24,000 nt of DNA from Natronorarus salvus (GTDB lineage: Archaea > Halobacteriota > Halobacteria > Halobacteriales > Halalkalicoccaceae): positions 2,783,521 through 2,807,520 of the forward strand of contig NZ_CP144125.1 of assembly GCF_036429475.1 (NCBI RefSeq), read 5' to 3'. A program made the translations under genes and the position numbers. The notes under the pieces were generated by a model that did not search any database, was not told where the DNA came from, and worked only from the letters and a program-made list of their open reading frames with translations. Below are positions 7,544-15,179 of this stretch, piece after piece; the stretch's first letter is position 1; every line of letters begins with the position of its first letter.

Positions 7544-8455
7544 ATGGCTGCCGACGCAGAGGAGGGCTCGTCGCTCCCCGCCGACCTCGACCCCGTCCGC
7601 GAGGCGCTGATCGAGTGGTACGAGTCGGACCACCGAGGGTTCCCCTGGCGCGAGACGACCGATCCCTACGCGATCCTCGTCTCGGAGGTGATGAGCCAGC
7701 AGACCCAGTTAGAGCGAGTCGAGGCGGCGTGGGCGGCGTTCCTGGAACGCTGGCCGGCCGTCGAGGAACTGGCGGCAGCCGACCGATCCGAGGTCGTGAG
7801 CTTCTGGAGCGGCCACCGACTCGGCTACAACAACAGAGCGAAGTACCTCCACGAGGCGGCGACCCAAGTGGTCGGGGAGTTCGACGGCGATTTTCCCGAG
7901 AGCCCCGACGAGCTTCGAGAGCTACAGGGCGTCGGCCCCTACACCGCGAACGCGGTGGCGAGCTTCGCATTTAACACTGGGAACGCCGTGGTCGACACGA
8001 ACGTCAAACGGGTGCTCTACCGGGCGTTTTCGGTACCTGACATCGACAGCGAGTTCGAGGCGCGGGCGAACGAGCTCATGCCGGAAGGCCGATCGCGAGT
8101 ATGGAACAACGCGATCATGGAGCTGGGAGCGGTCGCCTGTGGGAAGACCCCGCGGTGTGAGGAGGCCGGCTGTCCCTGGCGCGAGTGGTGTGACGCCTAC
8201 GAGACGGGCGACTTCTCCGCGCCGGACGTCCCCACACAGTCGCCGTTCGAGGGAAGCCGTCGGCAGAAGCGCGCCCGGGCGGTGCGCGTCCTCGGCGAGT
8301 ACGACGAACTCACGCTCTCGGAGCTCGGTCCGAGAGTGCGCGTCGACTACGGTGGCGAGACGGGCGAGGAGTGGTTACGGGGGCTGCTCTCGGACCTCGA
8401 GGACGACGGCCTCGTCGAGTTCGTCTCGGGGGATCGAGTCCGGCTCCGTCGGTAG
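7544..8455 (+). CDS. mutY: A/G-specific adenine DNA glycosylase (MutY-like, HhH-GPD with 4Fe-4S loop)
   Basis: This is the internal ATG 7544 of track ORF 7286..8455. Supporting motifs are FPWRETTDPYAILVSEVMSQQTQ, the HhH segment LRELQGVGPYTANAVASFAF and VDTNVKRV. The Cys cluster is CGKTPRCEEAGCPWREWC. There is no NUDIX-like C-terminal domain; a short wHTH-like tail is present instead. Confidence 0.9.
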   Translation: MAADAEEGSSLPADLDPVREALIEWYESDHRGFPWRETTDPYAILVSEVMSQQTQLERVEAAWAAFLERWPAVEELAAADRSEVVSFWSGHRLGYNNRAKYLHEAATQVVGEFDGDFPESPDELRELQGVGPYTANAVASFAFNTGNAVVDTNVKRVLYRAFSVPDIDSEFEARANELMPEGRSRVWNNAIMELGAVACGKTPRCEEAGCPWREWCDAYETGDFSAPDVPTQSPFEGSRRQKRARAVRVLGEYDELTLSELGPRVRVDYGGETGEEWLRGLLSDLEDDGLVEFVSGDRVRLRR

Positions 8456-8486
8456 GGTTTTGCCGGGACCGGCGAGTGTAGTTCGT

Positions 8487-9083
8487 ATGCCGGACAGAGA
8501 ACCACCGCACGTCGTCGCCGTCTGTGGGAGCCTGCGGGAGGACAGTCACACCAGAAAAGGGCTCAAGGAAGTCCTCGCGGGCGCCGAGGAGCGTGGTGCG
8601 ACCGGGGAACTGCTCGACCTGCGCGAGTACGACCTGCCGCCGTTGATTCCGGGTAGCGAACCGGGAGACGCGAAGGCGTTCACGGGAGCGATCCGCGAGG
8701 CTGATTCGGTCGTGTTGGGAACGCCGATGTACCACGGCTCGTACTCCGGCGTGCTGAAGAACGCGGTCGACTACTGCGGGTTCGACGAGTTCGAGGACAC
8801 GACCGTCGGGCTGTTCTGCGTCGCGGGCGGCGCGTTCCCGATCACCGCGCTCGAACACCTCCGTTCGGTCTGTCGGGCGCTCGACGCCTGGGTGCTCCCC
8901 TATCAGGCCGCGGTTCCGCGCTCTCGGAGCGCGTTCGACGACGAGGGGATCGCGGACGAGAAACTCCGAGAGCGGGTTCGGACGCTAGGCGAACGGGTCG
9001 TCGAGTACGCTCGAATCGAGCCGGACCCCCACTGTTTCGAGGCCGAACAGAACGTGGGCGCGGGTTCGATCTCCGACGACTGA
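8487..9083 (+). CDS. NAD(P)H-dependent FMN reductase family oxidoreductase
   Basis: This is the internal ATG 8487 of track ORF 8139..9083. VVAVCGSLREDSHTRKGL...ADSVVLGTPMYHGSYSGVLKNAVDY is the flavodoxin-like FMN_red signature. Confidence 0.9.
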   Translation: MPDREPPHVVAVCGSLREDSHTRKGLKEVLAGAEERGATGELLDLREYDLPPLIPGSEPGDAKAFTGAIREADSVVLGTPMYHGSYSGVLKNAVDYCGFDEFEDTTVGLFCVAGGAFPITALEHLRSVCRALDAWVLPYQAAVPRSRSAFDDEGIADEKLRERVRTLGERVVEYARIEPDPHCFEAEQNVGAGSISDD

Positions 9084-9141
9084 TCGTCCGGGCGACCGAA
9101 ACCCACCGACACGCGAGAACCGCGAGGCGTTCGCGCGGGAG

Positions 9142-9426
9142 ATGTCCCGACGGACGGAGTTCGAGGCGGTCGCTCGCGCGGAAGCGGCCGTCCGTGGTGG
9201 TGACGTGCTGATCGTCGCCACCACGTCCACAGAGGAGGTCTTCGACCCGGAGTGGCTCGCACCCGTGCACGCGACCACCCTCGACCCGAAGTTCGAGGGC
9301 GCGAGCGAGATCGACCCCTCGCTTCCCTGCACCAGTGTAACGATCGTCACCGACTCGCTCGCGCAGGTCGACGGCTACGACCGGCCGTACGTCGTTTCGG
9401 GTGCCGAGGGGGATCGGACGCTCTGA
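9142..9426 (+). CDS. Acidic hypothetical protein
   Basis: 94-aa track ORF with high GC3 by hand inspection and an acidic composition. I recognise no domain. Confidence 0.6.
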   Translation: MSRRTEFEAVARAEAAVRGGDVLIVATTSTEEVFDPEWLAPVHATTLDPKFEGASEIDPSLPCTSVTIVTDSLAQVDGYDRPYVVSGAEGDRTL

Positions 9427-9587
9427 CTCTCGGCGGTCGTCGCCGGCGAGCGGGAGTCGAACCGGTCCCGAAGACCGAACGCTGTTCTGCTCGGTGGGGC
9501 TCGCCGGGACGGAGGTCGTGCTGGCGCGGGCGGCGCTCGAAGCGTCGGCGAGCGGATAGTGGTGACACGACCCGCGAATATACCGGG

Positions 9588-9598
9588 AAAATATATAT
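9588..9598 (+). promoter_or_regulatory. TATA-box-like element (AAAATATATAT)
   Basis: This is a short, strongly AT-rich patch in GC-rich DNA. Its centre is about 28 nt upstream of ATG 9621. Confidence 0.6.
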
Positions 9599-9620
9599 GT
9601 TTCTATCGTAGTTTTCGGGT

Positions 9621-10085
9621 ATGGACCCGCTCTCCAGACGGACCGTCATCGGCGCGTGTGCCGGAGTCGCCGCCGGGCTCTCTGGCTGTCTCTCCGAGGA
9701 CACCGACGACGATCCGAACGACGAGTTCCGTGCCGAAACCGAACGGGAGGTCGACCTCTCGGACCTCCGGCTGGTCAACCACGCCGACGAGGCCCACGAC
9801 GTGAACGTGCTCGTCGAACACGCGGCGGCGTTCGTCCACTGGGCGACCTACGAGGTCGAACCGGCCTCGGCCGGCGGCGGCGCGACGATCGACGTCTCCC
9901 TCCCGGACGACCCGGGCGAGACGGTCGTCCACGTCCGCGTCGGCGACGAGTTCACGAGCGCGCCGCTCGCCGAACGCTACGGGGGACGGTGTGCCCGGGT
10001 GATGGGCGTCGTCGGGACCGACGGCTCGCCCTCGGTCTACCAGGGTGCGGGCGAGTGCGACGTCGACGAGGGAATCGACGAGTGA
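9621..10085 (+). CDS. Secreted lipoprotein of unknown function (Tat-like signal plus lipobox)
   Basis: 154-aa ORF. The N-terminus MDPLSRRTVIGACAGVAAGLSGC has a twin-Arg motif and an LSGC lipobox, followed by an acidic linker. Confidence 0.7.
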   Translation: MDPLSRRTVIGACAGVAAGLSGCLSEDTDDDPNDEFRAETEREVDLSDLRLVNHADEAHDVNVLVEHAAAFVHWATYEVEPASAGGGATIDVSLPDDPGETVVHVRVGDEFTSAPLAERYGGRCARVMGVVGTDGSPSVYQGAGECDVDEGIDE

Positions 10086-10101
10086 GCCAGGGGAACGAAA
10101 C

Positions 10102-10110
10102 GGTTTAGCC
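10102..10110 (+). promoter_or_regulatory. TATA-box-like element (GGTTTAGCC) for hisH
   Basis: It lies about 25 nt upstream of GTG 10131. It has the same TTTAGCC(C)G core as the elements at 12991 and 23283. Confidence 0.45.
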
Positions 10111-10130
10111 CGGGAGGGCGAACGGACGCC

Positions 10131-10757
10131 GTGAACGTCACGATCATCGACTACGGGGTGGGGAACCTCCGGAGCCTCCGTCGGGGGCTCGAACGAGCGG
10201 ACGCGACGGTCTCCGTCTCAGACGATCCGGACGAGATCGCTTCGGCCGAGGCGCTCGTGCTCCCTGGCGTCGGCGCGTTCGGCGAGTGTGTGCGCAACTC
10301 CCGGCAGTTCCACGACGTGCTCGTCGAGGTCGCCGAGGACACCCCGATCCTCGGCATCTGTGTCGGCCTCCAGCTCTTGTTCACCGAGAGCACCGAGGGC
10401 GTCCCGGCCGGCGAGACGATCGATGGCCTCGACCTGATCCCGGGACGGGTCGATCGGCTCCCGAGCGACGCGGTGAAGGTCCCACACATGGGCTGGAACG
10501 AGCTCTCGATCGAGCGCGAGCACCCGATCGTCGCGGGTGTAGCGGAAGACGAGTACGCCTACTTCGTTCACTCGTACCGCTCGGACGTCGCCGATCACAC
10601 GGTCGCTTCCTGTGCCTACGGCGGCGAGTTCGCGGCGGTCGCGGCGAACGAGGCGGGGAACGTGATGGGGACGCAGTTCCACCCCGAGAAGAGTGGCCAG
10701 ACCGGTCTTCGGATCCTCGGGAACTTCGTCGCCTACGCCGAGGAGCACGGGATCTGA
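10131..10757 (+). CDS. hisH: Imidazole glycerol phosphate synthase, glutamine amidotransferase subunit HisH
   Basis: 208-aa ORF with a GTG start. Motifs are IIDYGVGNLRS, LPGVGAFG, the catalytic GICVGLQLL and the HPEKS triad region. Confidence 0.95.
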   Translation: MNVTIIDYGVGNLRSLRRGLERADATVSVSDDPDEIASAEALVLPGVGAFGECVRNSRQFHDVLVEVAEDTPILGICVGLQLLFTESTEGVPAGETIDGLDLIPGRVDRLPSDAVKVPHMGWNELSIEREHPIVAGVAEDEYAYFVHSYRSDVADHTVASCAYGGEFAAVAANEAGNVMGTQFHPEKSGQTGLRILGNFVAYAEEHGI

Positions 10758-10831
10758 ATCGGGGCGGCCGGTTTTCACCGATCGCGCGGGGAAAGCGGGG
10801 CGTTTTTCTCTCCGTGCGGAACTCACCCTAT

Positions 10832-11419
10832 GTGCACGCGATCACGAACAGCGGGTGGATCGAGGTGATCACCGGCTGTATGTTCGCCGGGAAGACCGAG
10901 GAGCTCCTGCGGCGGCTCAGACGCGCGGAGATCGCGGGTCAGTCGGTCGCGGCGTTCACCCCCGCGCTCGACGAGCGGTACGGCGACGCGACCATAGGGA
11001 GCCACTCCGGCGGAACCTGGGACGCCTACGTCGTCGAGCCCGATCCTGCGGGCGTGCGGTCGATCCCCAACCACCTGAACGGCGAGCAGGTCGTCGCGAT
11101 CGACGAGGCGAACTTCTTTCCACCCGAACTGATCGACGTCTGCGAGGGGTTAGCGAAAAACGGTCGACGCGTGATCGTCTGCGGCACCGACCAGACCTTT
11201 CGGGGAGAGCCGTTCGAGCCGCTGCCGGGGCTGCTCGCGGTCGCCGAGTACGTCGAGAAGCTCCAGGCGATCTGTACGGTCTGTGGCGAGCCCGCGAGCC
11301 GGAACCAGCGGCTGATCGACGGCGAGCCCGCCCACACCTCCGACCCGACGATCATGGTCGGTGCAGCCGAGGCGTACGAGGCGCGCTGTCGCAACTGCCA
11401 TATCGTCCGTAGCGAGTAG
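10832..11419 (+). CDS. tdk: Thymidine kinase
   Basis: This is the internal GTG 10832 of track ORF 10286..11419. The product begins (M)HAITNSGWIEVITGCMFAGKTEELLRRL with a P-loop. Further motifs are VVAIDEANFF and the Zn lasso cysteines CTVCGEPA...CRNCH. A T-rich element (GTTTTTCT, 10801-10808) lies about 27 nt upstream. Confidence 0.9.
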   Translation: MHAITNSGWIEVITGCMFAGKTEELLRRLRRAEIAGQSVAAFTPALDERYGDATIGSHSGGTWDAYVVEPDPAGVRSIPNHLNGEQVVAIDEANFFPPELIDVCEGLAKNGRRVIVCGTDQTFRGEPFEPLPGLLAVAEYVEKLQAICTVCGEPASRNQRLIDGEPAHTSDPTIMVGAAEAYEARCRNCHIVRSE

Positions 11420-11426
11420 TCCGACC

Positions 11427-12029
11427 GTGACCCAGTGGATCGAGGAGTCGACCGGCGGCCGCGACCGGGGGCCGCGTGCGGTCGTCCGGGCGTGGATCGA
11501 GGTGCTCACCCGCCCGCGACGTTTCTTCTCGCACGCGGTCGCCCCCGGCGACCAGGCGCCAGGGCTCACGTTCGCGATCTGTGTCGTCCTCGGAGCGCTC
11601 CTCGTGAGGCTCGTCTCCGCCCCCGAGAGCTACCCCACGATCGGAGACCAGCGCGTCCTTTCGGTCGCGCTCGTGATCGGTCTCGTGGGCCTGCTCGTCG
11701 CACCGCTCGCGCTCCACCTCGTCGCTGCCCTCCAGACCGTGCTCCTGATCCCGTTCGTCCCCGACCGCGGCGGCGTCAGCGAGACGGTGCAGGTGATCGG
11801 TTACGCGAGCGCCCCCGGGCTCTTCGCGGGGCTCCCGGTCCCGGAGGTACAGGCCCTGGCCGCCGTGTACGGTACTCTCCTCCTCGTCGTCGGGGTAAGC
11901 GTGGTCCACGGCGTCTCGCTCGCCAGGGCGGGGCTGCTCGCCGCCGCCCCCGCCTACGCGGTCTTCGGCGTCGGCTTCGGCGGGGCCGGCGCAACCCTGA
12001 CGGTCCTCGCGACGTGGGGACTGATGTAG
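11427..12029 (+). CDS. Yip1-domain-like polytopic membrane protein
   Basis: I chose the in-frame GTG 11427 of track ORF 11361..12029 because ATG 11361 would overlap tdk by 59 nt. The product has multiple hydrophobic helices. The N-terminal segment RAWIEVLTRPRRFF is typical of haloarchaeal Yip1-like proteins. Confidence 0.65.
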   Translation: MTQWIEESTGGRDRGPRAVVRAWIEVLTRPRRFFSHAVAPGDQAPGLTFAICVVLGALLVRLVSAPESYPTIGDQRVLSVALVIGLVGLLVAPLALHLVAALQTVLLIPFVPDRGGVSETVQVIGYASAPGLFAGLPVPEVQALAAVYGTLLLVVGVSVVHGVSLARAGLLAAAPAYAVFGVGFGGAGATLTVLATWGLM

Positions 12030-12050
12030 CCGACGGACCTACCCCCCACC

Positions 12051-12314
12051 GTGCTCACGCTCGACCTCTCGGAGTTCACGATAGAGCTGAAGGACGGATC
12101 GATCAAGAACGTCGGCCCGACGAACAAGCGCGCCGCGGCGAAGCTCTTCGATGTGGAGGAGGCCGAGGCACGCGCGTTCGGCGACAAACGGGTGAAACTG
12201 GTCTTCGGAGATGGGGAGGGAAACGAGGTGCAGGTCGCGCTCTTCCCGGAAGAGGCCCGCACGATCCGGGAGGGGATCGAGGCGCTCGAGGCCGAGGGCC
12301 CGGTCTTCGAGTGA
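12051..12314 (+). CDS. Small acidic hypothetical protein
   Basis: 87-aa ORF with a GTG start, high GC3 and an acidic composition. I recognise no domain. Confidence 0.6.
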   Translation: MLTLDLSEFTIELKDGSIKNVGPTNKRAAAKLFDVEEAEARAFGDKRVKLVFGDGEGNEVQVALFPEEARTIREGIEALEAEGPVFE

Positions 12315-12932
12315 TCAGGCGCGTCGACGGAGCCTCCCTCGGACGAACGGCCGCGCGGGGGTGACCCCGGCGTCGACCCGTTCGATCTCGACCACGTCGA
12401 AGGCGTCGTGGCTCACGAACGCCCCGACCGTGTCGCGGGTGAGGTGACAGCCGCCGGCGAGTCGCGTCCAGACCGGATCGATCGCTCGCTGGAGGTGCTC
12501 GCGCCAGCCGTCGTCGCGGACGTGTTCGAGAAAGCGGAACTCGCCGCCCGGTTTGAGCACCCGCGCCACCTCGGCGAGCGCGGCGTCGGGATCGGCGATC
12601 GTACAGAAGACGACGGCCGAAAGCACCGCGTCGAACGTCCCGTCCCGGTACGAGAGTGCCTCCGCGCGGTCGCCCCGGATCTCGACTGCGATCCCGAGGT
12701 CGCGCGCCCGACGCTCGGCCCGCCGTCGCATGTGCGGGTCGGGTTCGACCGCGTGGAGGTCGACGTCTCCGAGGTGTGGGAGGTTCGCGCCGGTTCCGGT
12801 GCCGAGGTCGAGGACCGTGCCACCGAGCCCCTCGGCGAGGTACTCGCGGTGGTCGGCGAAGAGGCGCTCTTCGGGGACGAGCGGGTCGTAGACGGCCGCG
12901 AACAGCGGGTGGGAGATCTCGTAGTCGGTCAT
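12315..12932 (-). CDS. Class I SAM-dependent methyltransferase
   Basis: 205-aa ORF. It has SAM-binding motif I (VLDLGTGTGAN) and the post-I/II pattern (FDAVLSAVVF...LKPGGEFRFLEH). Confidence 0.9.
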   Translation of the reverse strand: MTDYEISHPLFAAVYDPLVPEERLFADHREYLAEGLGGTVLDLGTGTGANLPHLGDVDLHAVEPDPHMRRRAERRARDLGIAVEIRGDRAEALSYRDGTFDAVLSAVVFCTIADPDAALAEVARVLKPGGEFRFLEHVRDDGWREHLQRAIDPVWTRLAGGCHLTRDTVGAFVSHDAFDVVEIERVDAGVTPARPFVRGRLRRRA

Positions 12933-12990
12933 CGGGCCGTCGTTACGGTCGCCGGACGATCAAACGTTCCGTCGGACGCGTTTCGACAAC

Positions 12991-12999
12991 CGTTTTAGC
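12991..12999 (+). promoter_or_regulatory. TATA-box-like element (CGTTTTAGC) for the RecJ-like gene
   Basis: Its centre is about 28 nt upstream of ATG 13023. Confidence 0.5.
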
Positions 13000-13022
13000 A
13001 CGGGGCTGTTTCTCCCGTCCAT

Positions 13023-15116
13023 ATGGGTAGCTGTATCATTTGCGGGACGGACGTAGACGGGGTCGTCTGCGCGTCCCACGAGGAGGACGTCTTCTTCCGG
13101 TTCACCGGAAACCACCCGGGGCAACTGACCGTCGGGCGCTTTTACGAGGGAACCGTGGACGGCTTCGCCGACTTCGGCGTCTTCGTCGACATCGGAGAGC
13201 GCGTCACCGGACTGTTACACCGGAGCAAGCTCGACAAACGCCTGGAGAGCCTCGACTGGGAGGCCGGCGAGACCGTCTTCGTCCAGGTGAAAGGGGTCCA
13301 GGACAACGGCAACGTCGACCTGGGCTGGTCGATCCGCCAGTCGCCCCGTGAGTTCCGCGGCGAGGGCGTCCAGACTCCAGACGGCGATCACCTCCCCGAG
13401 GAGACCGACGAGTTCGAGGGGAACGAAGCGCCCGGGGATACCGAAGCCGACGGGTCGGAGCGAGCGACCCCCGCCGAGCCGGACGAGCCGGTCCACGGGA
13501 CCGGCGAACCCGAGGAGTCGGCCGCCGCGCCCGACGAACCGACCGAGACCGCCGACGGGGGCGGTGGATCGGTCGCGGTCCACCGCCAGGAACCAAGGAC
13601 CGGGCTGGAGGAGGTCTCGCGCGTCGAGGCAGCCAGCCTAGAGTCCGCCGTCGGCGAGCGGGTGCGCGTCGAGGGTCGGATCGAGGGCGTCCGCCAGACG
13701 AGCGGGCCGACCGTCTTTACGCTCCGCGACGAGACCGGGAGCGTCGAGTGTGCCGCGTTCGTCGAAGCCGGCGTCAGAGCCTACCCGGACGTCGAGGAGG
13801 GCGACGTCGTCGCACTCGTCGGCGACGTCGAGCGCCACCAGGGATCGATACAGGTCGAGACGGAGGCGCTCACGCCCCTCGACGGCGAAGAGGCGTCGTC
13901 CGTCGTCTCCCGACTGGACGGGGCTCGCGACGCGGCGGCCGCCCCGGAGTCGACCACGCTCCTCACGGACGAGGACCCGGTCGCGGCCGTCGGCGACACC
14001 GTCGTCGAGGCGGCGACGGCGATCCGGCGGGCGATCCTCGACTCGCGACCGATCGTCGTCCGGCACACCGCGACCGCCGACGGCTACGTGGCCGGTGCCG
14101 CCATCGAGCGCGCCGTCCTACCGCTCGTCCGCGAGCACCACGAGAGAGAGGACGCCCAGTACCACTACTTCGACCGGCACCCCCTCGACGGCGAGTCCTA
14201 CGGGATGGACGCGGCGACCGGCGATCTGACCCACATGCTCACCGACCGCGAGCGCCACGACGAGAAGCTCCCGCTCGTGGTGCTGGTCGCGGCGGGCGGG
14301 ACCCGAGAATCGGCCGACGGCATCGGCCTGCTCGACGTCTACGGCGTCGACCGCCTGGTGATCGACGCGGGCCGGATCGACGACGCGGTCGCCGAACGCG
14401 TCGAGACGGTGCTCACCGGCGAGGGCGTGACGACGACCGCGCTCGCGGCGAACGTCGCGGCGGTCGTCGACGACGGTGCCAGAGGGGACCTCGCACACCT
14501 CCCCGCGGTGAGCTACTGGGAGTCGGTCCCCGAGGTCTACGCGGAGCTCGCGGCGGAGGCGGGCTACGACGAGGGCGGGCTGCGCGAACTCCGCGAGGCG
14601 GTCGCCCTCGAGGCGTACTACCAGGCCTACGAGGACAAGCGCGAGCTGATCTCGGATCTGCTCTTCGGGGACGACGACGGCGTCCGGGGGCTGGCCTCAC
14701 ACGTCTCCGAGCAGTTCCGCGTGAAACTCGAGTCCGAACTCGAGACGGCGCGGCCGAACGTCGAGGTCCACGACAGGGAGGGACTTCACGTCGCGTCGCT
14801 CGACACCGACGCCTACACCCACCGCTTCGACTTCCCGCCGACGTCGCTGCTGCTCGACGCGCTGTTCAGGGAGCTCAGAGACGAGGAGCCGTTCGTCCTG
14901 CTCGGGCTCGACGAATCCGAACTCCGGATCAGAAGCACCGAGGAGCTCGACGTCGGGGCGCTCGCCGAGCGCGTCGAGGAACGGGTGCCGGACGCCGGAC
15001 TCGCGGTCCGTGGGACGCGTCACGGTCGGCTGGAGTTCCTGATCGGTCGCCGCGACGCGGTCCACGAGGCGACGCTCTCGGCGATCTCCGAGGTCATCCA
15101 GGTCCAGCGAGCGTAG
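13023..15116 (+). CDS. Archaea-type RecJ-like protein (Zn-ribbon-like N-terminus, S1 domain, OB fold, DHH/DHHA1-like domain; COG1107-type architecture)
   Basis: 697-aa ORF. Its parts are CIICGTDVDGVVCASH; an S1-like segment GRFYEGTVDGFADFGVFVDIG...GLLH; an acidic linker; an OB-like segment RVRVEGRIEGVRQTSGPTVFTLRDETGSVECAAF; and a DHH-like region IVVRHTATADGYVAGAAIE. Confidence 0.85.
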   Translation: MGSCIICGTDVDGVVCASHEEDVFFRFTGNHPGQLTVGRFYEGTVDGFADFGVFVDIGERVTGLLHRSKLDKRLESLDWEAGETVFVQVKGVQDNGNVDLGWSIRQSPREFRGEGVQTPDGDHLPEETDEFEGNEAPGDTEADGSERATPAEPDEPVHGTGEPEESAAAPDEPTETADGGGGSVAVHRQEPRTGLEEVSRVEAASLESAVGERVRVEGRIEGVRQTSGPTVFTLRDETGSVECAAFVEAGVRAYPDVEEGDVVALVGDVERHQGSIQVETEALTPLDGEEASSVVSRLDGARDAAAAPESTTLLTDEDPVAAVGDTVVEAATAIRRAILDSRPIVVRHTATADGYVAGAAIERAVLPLVREHHEREDAQYHYFDRHPLDGESYGMDAATGDLTHMLTDRERHDEKLPLVVLVAAGGTRESADGIGLLDVYGVDRLVIDAGRIDDAVAERVETVLTGEGVTTTALAANVAAVVDDGARGDLAHLPAVSYWESVPEVYAELAAEAGYDEGGLRELREAVALEAYYQAYEDKRELISDLLFGDDDGVRGLASHVSEQFRVKLESELETARPNVEVHDREGLHVASLDTDAYTHRFDFPPTSLLLDALFRELRDEEPFVLLGLDESELRIRSTEELDVGALAERVEERVPDAGLAVRGTRHGRLEFLIGRRDAVHEATLSAISEVIQVQRA

Positions 15117-15179
15117 ACCGAGCGACACCCTTTTCGAGGCGCGTGTGCGAGTGATGACGATGACCGGCGAAACGCCCGG

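Noticed and set aside
9444-9555. 10-nt direct repeat CGGCGAGCGG (9444-9453 and 9546-9555) flanking the hairpin element, considered as a target-site duplication or att core.
   Set aside because: The same 10-mer also occurs inside unrelated regions (around 13647 and 16957). It is simply a common GC-rich word in this genome.
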